Source: Mytilus californianus
Lineage: Eukaryota
NCBI RefSeq assembly: GCF_021869535.1
Contig: NW_026262734.1
Span: forward strand, 26,040,001-26,104,000
Length of the DNA stretch: 64,000 nt
Direction of reading: 5' to 3'
Shown piece after piece: positions 1 through 11,371 of this stretch. The notes under the pieces are model-generated. The model was not told the DNA's origin. It did no database searches and saw nothing but the letters and a program-made list of their open reading frames with translations. The position numbers and the translations under genes are program-made. The stretch's first letter is position 1; each line of letters opens with the position of its first letter.

Positions 1-37
1 TCAAAGAAACAACAGACACGGCTTCCTCCGCCTCATT

Positions 38-200
38 TTGAGACTTATACCTCGATTTGACATCAGTGGGCATCTCAGTACCAGAATCTATGACAAACCA
101 GACGATTTTAATTTCGAAAATATTAATCCCCCCCTCCCCACCTTAGCAGCAATATACCAATTTCACCTGCATATGCAATATACATTTTCCAACTCATACT
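38..200 (+). mobile_element. Penelope-like element RT fragment (decayed)
   Basis: Translation HLSTRIYDKPDDFNFENIN resembles the L.T..YDKRDDFNF.I.NFP motif of invertebrate Penelope-like RTs. Confidence 0.7.
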
Positions 201-267
201 TTGTCTATAGAGTGTCTAAATGCCTTTTTTGTCTTTGTTTAAATAGTTATTCGTTTTATAGTAATTA

Positions 268-590
268 AGAATATAACACAATGTTGACTGCTGTACCCGA
301 GTTTTTTTACATTTTTACCTTTTATGTCTGTTTGTTTTGTTCACACATTGTTGTCAATAGAATGAAATACTATATGACTGTCATACTAGTGAGAGGTTAA
401 GCTAGCTAGCTATAAAACCAGGTTTAATCCACCATTTTTGACATAAGGAAATGCCTGTACCAATTCAGGAATATGACAGTTGTTTTCCTTTCGTTTGATG
501 TGTTTGAGCTTTTGATTTTGCCATTTGATAAGGGACTTTCCGTTTTGAATTTTCCTTGAAGCTCGGTATTTTTGTTATTTTACTTTTTAT
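268..590 (-). repeat. Interspersed repeat family 1 (AAAATACCGAACTCC.AGGAAAATTCAAAACGGAAAGTCCC...)
   Basis: Homologous copies at ~5900-5990, 6590-6830, 14590-14890 (-), 23470-23760, 43792-44010, 60340-60660 and 63440-63760. Confidence 0.8.
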
Positions 591-1007
591 GTTCAAATTG
601 TATATAATGGTGCACGAATATAACATTCGTTTACTTTTTCTGTTCTGGTAATTCAAGATATAATTTGGTTGAAATGCACTAGAAACTAACAATTGAGGGG
701 AGCTAACTCCGTAATTTGCTATCATTCTACCCAAAAGTTATCTAGATATTTCTCAAATTATTAGACACGCAGAAACGAAAAACTCACCATTTCTAACTCA
801 AGATGAGGGTAACTTCAAAACAGGATGGTTATGTCAAAACCCAAATTTAAGTTGCGCTGTAAAATAGTTCCAATTTACAAAAATCTCATACTAAAAGAAT
901 TACGCATTGCGACAAATTTTGAGTAACTCAAATAATACTTTGGTGGATAGTTGATTCATTGGAAATCACTCTACATCTCCTTTTGTTATATTATATTATA
1001 TATATAT

Positions 1008-1067
1008 ATTGCGGTTTTTATCCAACGCAATCATAGGTTTGAACGTTGTTTTCAATTTAGACTTGTA
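1008..1067 (+). repeat. Short fragment of the 539-bp unit, inverted relative to the array and flanked by (TA)n
   Basis: Reverse complement of 2981-3040; ends ...TTTAGACTTGTA(TA)n. Confidence 0.85.
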
Positions 1068-1327
1068 TATATATATATATATATACAGCACAAACAACAT
1101 TTTCCAAAAGACCAAAAGAGTGAAAAAGTATATTTTAACAAAACGCATTTGACTAGCAGGTCGAACAACTGATGTTCTTAAATCCTGCTGACTGCCATTG
1201 GCGATTGCCAAATAAACGGATCACAAGATGGAACAAAATAGATCTTACTAATAATGTATTACCAAACAGAAAACAATAAACTTGCGGATAAGATGGTATA
1301 CCGCAAACATGAGGTGCAAAAATTTGT

Positions 1328-1371
1328 ACACCATATCCGGATTTCGACAATTAATGTCTCTTCAGTGATGT
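1328..1371 (-). ncRNA. Minimal type I hammerhead ribozyme, copy 1 (intact)
   Basis: Minus strand reads ACAUCA-CUGAAGA-GACA(UUAAU)UGUC-GAAA-UCCGGA-UA/UGGUGU: stem I, CUGANGA core, stem II, GAAA, palindromic stem III, NUH site. Confidence 0.85.
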
Positions 1372-1866
1372 TAGGAATCGAAACGGTATTTGGAAGGCCA
1401 TATAATTTACCTCAATTTAGGATAGACTCTTGAATTTTAAAAGAGTCAAAATAGGATGAACGGATCATATAAACCCGAAGGCAAATATAGTACAAGCCCA
1501 AACGAAAAAATATAAACAAGTCTAAATTGAAAACAACGTTCAAACCTATGATTGCGATGGATAAAAACCGCAATTTTTATACGTGTGCATGCAAAGCAAA
1601 TTATTTGGTAGAGGGGTCTAAATACAGCACAAACAACATTTTCCAAAAGACCAAAAGAGTGAAAAAGTATATTTTAACAAAACGCATTTGACTAGCAGGT
1701 CGAACAACTGATGTTCTTAAACCCTGCTGACTGCCATTGGCGATTGCCAAATAAACGGATCACAAGATGGAACAAAATAGATCTTATTAATAATGTATTA
1801 CCAAACAGAAAACAATAAACTTGCGGATAAGATGGTATACCGCAAACATGAGGTGCAAAAAAATGT

Positions 1867-1910
1867 ACACCATATCCGGATTTCGACAATGAATGTCTCT
1901 TCAGTGATGT
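1867..1910 (-). ncRNA. Minimal type I hammerhead ribozyme, copy 2 (intact)
   Basis: Same fold as copy 1; only the stem II loop differs (UUCAU). Confidence 0.85.
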
Positions 1911-2405
1911 TAGGAATCGAAACGGTATTTGGAAGGCCATATAATTTACCTCAATTTTGGATAGACTCTTGAATTTTGAAAGAGTCAAAATAGGATGAAC
2001 GGATCATATAAACCCGAAGGCAAATATAGTACAAGCCCAAACGAAAAAATATAAACAAGTCTAAATTGAAAACAACGTTCAAACCTATGATTGCGTTGGA
2101 TAAAAACCGCAATTTTTATACGTGTGCATGCAAAACAAATTATTTGGTAGAGGGGTCTAAATACAGCACAAACAACATTTTCCAAAAGACCAAAAGAGTG
2201 AAAAAGTATATTTTAACAAAACGCATTTGACTAGCAGGTCGAACAACTGATGTTCTTAAACCCTGCTGACTGCCATTGGCGATTGCCAAATAAACGGATC
2301 ACAAGATGGAACAAAATAGATCTTATTAATAATGTATTACCAAACAGAAAACAATAAACTTGCGGATAAGATGGTATACCGCAAACATGAGGTGCAAAAA
2401 TTTGT

Positions 2406-2449
2406 ACACCATATCCGGATTTCGACAATGAATGTCTCTTCAGTGATGT
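2406..2449 (-). ncRNA. Minimal type I hammerhead ribozyme, copy 3 (intact)
   Basis: Identical to copy 2. Confidence 0.85.
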
Positions 2450-3333
2450 TAGGAATCGAAACGGTATTTGGAAGGCCATATAATTTACCTCAATTTAGGA
2501 TAGACTCTTGAATTTTGAAAGAGTCAAAATAGGATGAACGGATCATATAAACCCGAAGGCAAATATAATACAAGCCCAAACGAAAAAATATAAACAAGTC
2601 TAAATTGAAAACAACGTTCAAACCTATGATTGCGTTGGATAAAAACCGCAATTTTTATACGTGTGCATGCAAGCAAATTATTTGGTAGAGGGGTCTAAAT
2701 ACAGCACAAACAACATTTTCCAAAAGACCAAAAGAGTGAAAAAGTATATTTTAACAAAACGCATTTGACTAGCAGGTCGAACAACTGATGTTCTTAAACC
2801 CTGCTGACTGCCATTGGCGATTGCCAAATAAACGGATCACAAGATGGAACAAAATAGATCTTATTAATAATGTATTACCAAACAGAAAACAATAAACTTG
2901 CGGATAAGATGGTATACCGCAAACATGAGGTGCAAAAATTTGTACACCATATCCGGATTTCGACAATCTATATATATATATACAAGTCTAAATTGAAAAC
3001 AACGTTCAAACCTATGATTGCGTTGGATAAAAACCGCAATTTTTGTACGTGTGCATGCAAAAGAAATTTCTTGGTAGAGGGGTCTAAATACAGCACAAAC
3101 AACATTTTCCAAAAGACCAAAAAAGTGAAAAAGCATATTTTAACAAAACGCATTTGACTAACAGGTCGAACAACAAATGTTCTTAAACCCTGCTGACTGC
3201 CATTGGCGATTGCCAAATAAACGGATCACCGATGTAATAAATGGATCTTAATTATAAATTCAATACTAAACAGAAAACAACAAACTTGCGGAAAAGATGG
3301 TATACCGCAAACAAAATGTGCAAAGGTTTTTGT

Positions 3334-3377
3334 ACACCATATCCGGATTTCGACAATTAATGTCTCTTCAGTGATGC
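3334..3377 (-). ncRNA. Minimal type I hammerhead ribozyme, variant B (intact)
   Basis: GCAUCA-CUGAAGA-GACA(UUAAU)UGUC-GAAA-UCCGGA-UA/UGGUGU; an A-U to G-U change keeps stem I paired. Confidence 0.85.
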
Positions 3378-3872
3378 TAGGAATCGAAACGGTATTTGGA
3401 AAGCCATACAATTTACCTCAATTTAGGATAGACTCTTGAATTTTGAGGAGTCAAAATAGGATGAACGGATCATATAAACCCGAAGGCAAATATAATACAA
3501 GCCCAAACGAAAAAATATAAACAAGTCTAAATTGAAAACAACGATCAAACCTATGATTGCGTTGGATAAAAACCGCAATTTTTATACGTGTGCATGCAAA
3601 ACAAATTTCTTGGTAGAGGGGTCTAAATACAGCACAAACAACATTTTCCAAAAGACCAAATAAGTGAAAAAGCATATTTTAACAAAACGCATTTGACTAA
3701 CAGGTCGAACAACAAATGTTCTTAAACCCTGCTGACTGCCATTGGCGATTGCCAAATAAACGGATCACCGATGTAATAAATGGATCTTAATTATAAATTC
3801 AATACTAAACAGAAAACAACAAACTTGCGGAAAAGATGGTATACCGCAAACAAAATGTGCAAAGGTTTTTGT

Positions 3873-3916
3873 ACACCATATCCGGATTTCGACAATTAAT
3901 GTCTCTTCAGTGATGC
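3873..3916 (-). ncRNA. Minimal type I hammerhead ribozyme, variant B second copy (intact)
   Basis: Identical to 3334-3377. Confidence 0.85.
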
Positions 3917-4622
3917 TAGGAATCGAAACGGTATTTGGAAAGCCATACAATTTACCTCAATTTAGGATAGACTCTTGAATATATATATATATATATAGGC
4001 TGCCTCAAGAAAGTGCAGAATTAATGCTTCCGAACACCCTTTTGTGGATATTAATCAATTCCTACGGTCCATGCCACCCTTTTTCTGTATTAAAAAAAAC
4101 CGTTGTAACACCTCTTTTCTTCCAAATGTTCTAATAATTAATTAAAAAGAACACAATTTCATGTTAAACAACCTTCAATCATAAACTTTTATACTAGCAA
4201 CGGTACCAATATTACTGCATAGATACTTTTTGACAGTTTGTATGTTTTCAGTGATGCTTGAGGTCAAAATATTCGAAATTCAAATCCTAATTAAAACGAC
4301 AACGAGCTGATCAAACAAAAAAAGACCAAAAATATACCTGGAACAGGAAACAGATCTGAACATGATATAGATAGATTCCTTATTCTAAAAACGATTTAGA
4401 CAAATATTGCAGCATATTTCAATTAAAGCAATATGCGAATTTTTTGCCAATACGGTAGTACTGTAACTTCATACACACAGTAGAAATCATATCAAGGGAT
4501 GACAATTAAAATTTATGAGACATAATTTAAAAGCAAAGAGAGGGTTTCGTAACAAGTCGATTTTGAGCTCAAACAAAAAAATCATACCTTATTAATCTTT
4601 TCATATCTTATTTATGTTACAG

Positions 4623-4716
4623 ATCAAAGTTCCAAGTACACTCAAAGTTCGTGCTAACAGAAGTTCAGCTGCGTGTGGGGTCAATTTTCAGAAAGGAGTT
4701 GTATATTTGATTTCAG
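4623..4716 (+). CDS. TIMP: TIMP-like gene A, exon 3 (exons 1-2 not found in the window)
   Basis: ttacag|IKVPSTLKVRANRSSAACGVNFQKGVVYLIS(G)|gtgaat; 94 nt with the same phases as paralogs B and C; CG..L..G..YLI.G TIMP motif. Confidence 0.85.
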
Positions 4717-6261
4717 GTGAATAATTCCATTACATTCCAGCTTGGGGAAGGGATCTGTTTTTGACTAACTTCTTCAATGAAATGTTCATCGCATTTTCTC
4801 TTTACGCGAGTCATAGAATTTTACTCCCCAATTCTGACTGGACGTGGCTTTGTACTTGTGTATCCTGCACAGCCAAACGGACGCCCCACTTTTGCAAGGG
4901 TTTTACTGGTGGTTGGAGGAAGACCATGAGTGACCATATTTCTATGTCTCAGTCAACCTAAGGGGAACAGAACCACGTGCAATGCCAAGATAAAAGATAA
5001 CGTATCATGTAGTTCAATTACTTCATTTCTCTGCTGAAAGAATGCAATACAATGTAATGCTCAAAAGTAGGTAGGACCAAAGCATTAACTGCAATGATGA
5101 TGATACAAACAGGAATATGGGTTCATAAGGGGGTGTATGAACCAGTTACGTATACCTATAAGGTACCAGACCACTCGATACCTGAAGCTGAGTTTACGAT
5201 CAAGGATTAATCAAACAGTTGTTATATGTAAGTGAGTTTTCGTGCTTCTTGTCAATCTGATGAGTCAAGTCGTGTCCAACTAATTTTTACATTAAGTCAT
5301 ATTGGTTGTGATGTTACAACACTGTCCAAGGTAAGGGGAGTCTTGGCCGCTTATAAACATGTTTAACCCCACCACATTCTATATGTGCCTGATCCAAGTC
5401 TGGAACCTGCAATTTAGTGGTTGTCGCTTGTTGCTAGCCCTAATATTTATTTTTTGTCATAAATAAGACCAATGATTTTTCGTTTGAATCATTTCACATT
5501 TTGTCATGTCGAGGCCCTTTACAGCTAATTATTCGGTATGGTTTTGTGCTATGTATAGACCCTACGGTGACCTATAGGTGCTTAAATACACGTCATTTTC
5601 CATTAGTGACTAAACAGGCAAATTTTGCTAACGTGAATTCTACATGAATCTCACGCGAAATTGTTCACATGAATTTCAAGTGAATTTTACCCCCAAAATA
5701 ATTTTATTGTTGAAAGATTTTAATTAAATTTGAAAATCTATATGTTATTGAACAACTCTACTTTGAACATTCATGTGAATTTCACGTGTAAAAAATGCAT
5801 GTGGTAATGTATAAGCTCGTTTAAGGTGGAATTCACGTTAATTTTACGTGAGATTGACGTAAATCTCAATTTACAAGAAATTCACATGAGTGAAAAGTAA
5901 AATAACAAAAATACCGAACTCCAAGGAAAATTAAAAACGGAAAGCCCTTCATAAAATGGCAAAACCAAAAGCTCAAACACATCTAACGAAATTTCCCTTT
6001 GTAGTTGTCTTATTCAAAATCATACCACATCACCTTATTTTAAACTGTAATCGTGAATGGCTTCAGAACACACTATAGAGCTTTGTTGCTTTTGATTTGT
6101 TTCAAGTTTGATAATAGATTTATCATATAGAAACACAGAACAATGGCAACAAGAAGGATAATCTGTATCAGAGTTAGATTTCAAATGAATGAAGGTGGCA
6201 ATTTATCCAACATGATAGAAACATATCATATGTATTAATGCATAACTTGTTCATATTTCAG

Positions 6262-6389
6262 GAACTGTAAGCAAGTCCAGATATAGAGTAACATACCTGA
6301 CAAATAGTTGCCTGTGGAATCAGAAATGGCAGAGTACTAAGTCAGACACACAACAAAAACTCTTAAGTGGACAATTTAATCGTTGTTAG
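6262..6389 (+). CDS. TIMP: TIMP-like gene A, exon 4 (terminal)
   Basis: tttcag|(G)TVSKSRYRVTYLTNSCLWNQKWQSTKSDTQQKLLSGQFNRC*; TNSC.W..KW shared with B and C. Confidence 0.85.
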
Positions 6390-8366
6390 TCGTAATATCA
6401 CAAAGACGATTAAAGTGGTTTCTGTCTAATGCTATAACTTGTTACACGAGTCATGCAAACTAGATAAATTATCGAAAAAAGTGTTTATTTGTGATAAGAT
6501 AAATGATTTTACTGTAACATTATTTGTCAGAATTAAGTTATCGGTTCGATTACTGCTGTCATTTGATGGGATATTAAAAAAGGTAAAAAAAAAAAACTCC
6601 AAGGAAAATTCAAAACGGAAAGTCCCATATCAAATTGCAAAATTAAAAGCTCAAACACATCAAACGATTGGAAAACAATTGTCAATTTCTGGCTTGGTAC
6701 AGGTATTTCCTTACCAATGGTGGATTGAACCTGGTTTAATAGCTAGCTAAACCTCTCACTTGTATATATGACAGTCGCATAAAAATCCAGCAAAACAAAG
6801 AGACATAAGAGAGTAAAAATGTCAACATTACTCCTATCATTCGTAGTATTTTATTTTCTTAATGGTCTAAGTTGTTGATTTACAAATATCATTAGCCTGT
6901 CAACTGTAATGGTTCTGGAATTAAGCCCAGCTCGTTGCGCGGTGTTTGTGACTTCTATATTTATTGACAGGAATAGCAAGTTTTTAGTTCCTGGTGATTG
7001 TCTCCGGGTAATTCAGCGTTTTCCATATAAAACAAATATCTAGTATATTGATAATTTAAAAATGAACAGCCAAATTAGAGTACACAAAGGAACAGAGTTA
7101 AGGTATAGCACCGTAAACCCAAAAAAACACAACCGAAGCCAAGTGGTTAATGCTCTGTTTTCCAAAATTCGGGTAACTGTTGATGTTGCATATTGTATAT
7201 ACTGTGGATTCATTTACTTTCGTAAAGATCTCCGTCGGCTGACATTATAAGATCTCCGTCGAATGTTAGCAGCCTTTCTAGTGAAGAGATATTTTAAAGT
7301 CAATATCAACTTATATCGAATTACAAATGTAGTAGTACTTTCTAGGCTAATAAAACACAATAGTTCTTCTGAGGTGGATTCGTTTTTATTTCTTGACAAA
7401 ATCAGGATGATAACAATAACTAAATAAATACCCTCGCATGAGGTGCAAAGGCCTCCTGAATAATCTACATGGAATGAATCGCATCGTTCCAGGATTACTT
7501 AAAATATACCTGTATATAGAATATAGAAAACTAAGAAAGAATATATATCAAACTTAGAAAAATATCAAACACATATGACTATGTCCACCATTATATCAAA
7601 AGTGATGACCAGAATAAAGAACAAAAGAAATATAGCGCCAAAACATAATATCCAATAGAAATAAAGAAAGTGTGCTGTCCAATGAACCATGAAAAGAAAG
7701 CCTTTTAAGTAAAATACAGTGAAACCAAAGTTACCCAAACCAGTAGAAAATGTCGTCTGTCAATAAGTCCAAATGTCAAATAAGTAAATAAAATGAACTA
7801 AGCAAATAAATATACAAATTAATTAATTACAATCTGTAATTAATATACTCATACCTTTAATTAATCATTATAAGTCATATAATATAAAAAATACAGTACT
7901 CTAAACTAAATATAGAAATATACATAATTACTGTAAAACTTATAAAATTCAGTCTACCACACAAATTGTCCAGTATATTAGTAAAACATAGCAAAAAATC
8001 ACCTTAGAATGGACGATTCCAAATCTTATTGTAATAATATGATAGATAAACAGTTCTCACACTGATTTACACATTCATATTACATCATAGAAAACGAACC
8101 GATTGAATGACAGTATTGTTTTAAACTATTAACTTCATACAAATGTTTTTGCTTAAACTAAACACCGTGAAAAGATTTTGTAAAAGTAATAAATATAAGG
8201 AGCATATATTTATATTTAGAACTTCAGTTTCTTTAAAATAACTATTTCTTTTATCTAATAACTTCTTAACAGGCATCGTTTACAACTAACCAATGCATAG
8301 AAATTTTATTTTATATATTAACGATTTGATATTAAAAAAATGAAAACAACACTTTATAAAGTTCAT

Positions 8367-8408
8367 GCGTCGGAAGCGATTTTCTGGATTTACCTTCATC
8401 GGGAACGC
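8367..8408 (-). ncRNA. Degenerate hammerhead, family GCGTTC-CTGATGA...GAAA-AGCGCT-TC-GGACGC
   Basis: Core mutated to CCGATGA; related decayed copies at 18415-18456 (+) and 27453-27494 (+). Confidence 0.5.
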
Positions 8409-9544
8409 TCAAAGTCGAATATTTGAAATCCTAGGATGCATAATAATCGAACCAGCTGAAGAGCTATGACAAAAAAGGACCGAAAATATCCAAATCCATC
8501 TAAGAGCTTTATTAGCAAAAAGGGCATAAAAAATAGCCAAATAAATAAACCTGTTGGTTTACACGAATGGACTCTCGGGTTACTGATAACAAAGACTATA
8601 CAATTTAATATTGAAAGTATGCGTAGATCATGCAAAAACAGGAAACTCAATATATTCTCTCCTGTCATCGAAAGGTATTTTTTGGAGGTTCAGTTAGCGA
8701 CAATCGGAGAAACGTTAATATTTCTTTAAAGTTGAGTTTACTCGTTAATCGTCATGTACGGTATCCCATACTCACTCCAACTGATTTAATTTTGAAGTTC
8801 AAATTTGCTTCATTTTGGTCGTTTGATCTGGAAATCGTAAAAAAAAAAACAAAAACTGCTGTTTTACATCTTCAAGATTTTACTGGTAAAATAAAGTTAA
8901 AAAATTAATAAACAACATCATTAATTACTGATAACACAAAGTACAAAGATTGTTAGATTTAATATTAAAAGTATGCATTGTTCATACAACAACAGGATAC
9001 GAAATTAGTCGTTATAAAATACTATTTCGTGTGTATGTTTTTCTATTCTAAATGCTTACATGAAACCTCACTTGCAAGGTCTAGTAAACCAATTTATGCG
9101 GTTATTGAGATCTGAAACGCTCTTTAGAGACTGAACAATTAATGATATGGTCATTTAAAGTCTTTCAAACACTTTTCAGACTTCTCAACTGCGGAAATTT
9201 AACACAAAAATTCAGACAATTTCGTTTGCAGTGAATCAAGTAATTGGTATATATCTGTACACATCAACATTATACTTATTGTCTGAAAAGCTACTGAGCA
9301 GTACTGAATTGACTGCAAGTGCTTTGCCTAGACAGTACTGAATTTACCGCAGTGGATAAGTTTGAAAATTGACCTGAAGACTGAATATGACTTAATAATC
9401 TATTGTTCAGAATTTTCAGATGGTGTTAAAATCAAAATTACCGTTTAAGACAAAAATTCATTTACTAGTGAAGATCGAAAAACTTATTTTAAATTAAAGA
9501 AATACTGCATGATAAAAAAAAATATCATAAGAGGGGCATCTTGA

Positions 9545-10008
9545 GGTGTAATACCACCATTGATTTTCCCCTATTAGTCTTTGTTAAATTTGCACTTTTC
9601 AAAAAATTGTGCAGAATTTATCTTTGTTTCAAATAAAGAAATACTTGGCATGAGTAAAGTTTGATCCTGACCAGTACTATAGAAAACATTTCACATAACA
9701 TTTCATTGCATATAAGAAAATAACCATCACTGGAAGTTAACCAATCAAATTTTCCCCCTTTTTTAACCTGTTTATAAGCTTTAGTAACCATGTAACCTCA
9801 AGTTTCCAAAATATTCTATAGAAACCCCAAATAAAAAAAAATGGTGCTTTGAAATACCCAAGATATATGTTTATGACCCAGAAATGTTTTACTGCAATGA
9901 AATGTAGGATCAATTGTCTACAATTGTCAAATTCAAGGGAATATTTTTTTTCGACCTATTTTCGTATGCAACCGGATGTGACGTACTATTATTTGGTGGT
10001 ATTACACC
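9545..10008. mobile_element. MITE, 464 bp, 15-bp TIR GGTGTAATACCACCA, TA-type target (copy 1)
   Basis: Perfect TIRs; right flank TA, left flank GA; near-identical to 10908-11371. Confidence 0.85.
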
Positions 10009-10907
10009 TAAAGAAGACTTTTTTGTTAAATAAACTGAATGTGACTTTTTTCCTTTGTAATAATGGTTATTTCAAGCATTCCTGTCAAGTTTTGTCATAA
10101 TCAGTTCAATGGTTTGAGAAAAATCTAGTATAATGTAAGACGACATCTACAGCGATTCCAGCTAAATTTCTTCGAAAAATCCAAACCAAGCCGCATCATG
10201 ATAGAATATAGTGTGGACCAATAAATGATCAAATATTTATCTCATCTGCCTACAAACAGTTGAATATGATACAAAAGATGACTTTAGGATGATAAATACT
10301 ACTAATGGACCTAGTCTTCTTTATAAGGTCTCTTTTGGTCCATTTATACGTCTCATTTCCTCAAAATTTCTACTTTATAGGCCAATAAATAAAAATTTTG
10401 GGGTAACTTTCACTCATTTATGATAGAAATGTTATAATAAATGATTAATTGAAGTATTCAAGCTGAATGAACTATCCGTATAAATGTTTACTGTCTCCAA
10501 GGAGGTTTCCATAAGTCCTTACGTAAAACTTAAATTTACGCCGCGTTCCAGAGAGGGACATAAAAAGCTTCTCTTTTGGTGAATAATTTGTTGTTACTGC
10601 TTTAAAATTATTTCATTTACTTAAAACTATATATTTATTAAAGTATTTCTTAGGAAAAATTTTCTAGTATAGCAGAATATAAGAAAAAAGGAGAAAAAGC
10701 TCCCCAAAACTCTAAGTATGGCTTATTCTGTCAACTAATATTCATGGTAAAGTCCTATTTCAAGGAAATTTTCTCATAAAATGTGTTTTGGAGACTCAAT
10801 CCACTCAGAATATTTCATTATTAGTAATATTTCACTTAAATAGCAAGAAATTTTAACACATGAGAGTACTCACAAGGTCAAAGGTGCATGTACAGCTTCC
10901 CATATTA

Positions 10908-11371
10908 GGTGTAATACCACCATTGATTTTCCCCTATTAGTCTTTGTTAAATTTGCACTTTTCAAAAAATTGTGCAGAATTTATCTTTGTTTCAAATAAA
11001 GAAATACTTGGCATGAGTAAAGTTTGATCCTGACCAGTACTATAGAAAAAATTTCACATAACATTTCATTGCATATAAGAAAATAACCATCACTGGAAGT
11101 TAACCAATCAAATTTTCCCCCTTTTTTAACCTGTGTATAAGCTTTAGTAACCATGTAACCTCAAGTTTCCAAAATATTCTATAGAAACCCCAAATAAAAA
11201 AAAATGGTGCTTTGAAATACCCAAGATATATGTTTATGACCCAGAAATGTTTTACTGCAATGAAATGTAGGATCAATTGTCTACAATTGTCAAATTCAAG
11301 GGAATATTTTTTTTCGACCTATTTTCGTATGCAACCGGATGTGACGTACTATTATTTGGTGGTATTACACC
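10908..11371. mobile_element. MITE, 464 bp (copy 2), TA target duplication (Tc1/mariner-type)
   Basis: TA|GGTGTAATACCACCA...TGGTGGTATTACACC|TA. Confidence 0.85.

Larger units (their letters stand above)
1083..2967 (-). mobile_element. Tandem array A of 539-bp hammerhead-bearing units (retrozyme-like), ~3.5 copies
   Basis: The same motif recurs at 1328, 1867, 2406 and 2944 (period 539/539/538); units near-identical; bounded by (TA)n. Confidence 0.85.
2981..3980 (-). mobile_element. Tandem array B, a sequence variant of the 539-bp unit, ~1.9 copies
   Basis: Motif at 3334 and 3873 (period 539); diagnostic differences from A (ACCGATGTAATAAATGG vs ACAAGATGGAACAAAATAG); (TA)n on both sides. Confidence 0.85.

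Noticed and set aside
951-3950. Recurrent 61-98 aa ORFs in the tandem array (e.g. MAFQIPFRF..., MENVVCAVF...)
   Set aside because: They recur only because the DNA repeats. Starts and frames differ between units, they cross the ribozyme, and they show no protein motif.
1083-3980. CRISPR-like array
   Set aside because: The whole 539-bp unit repeats with no unique spacers, there are no cas genes, and the context is eukaryotic.
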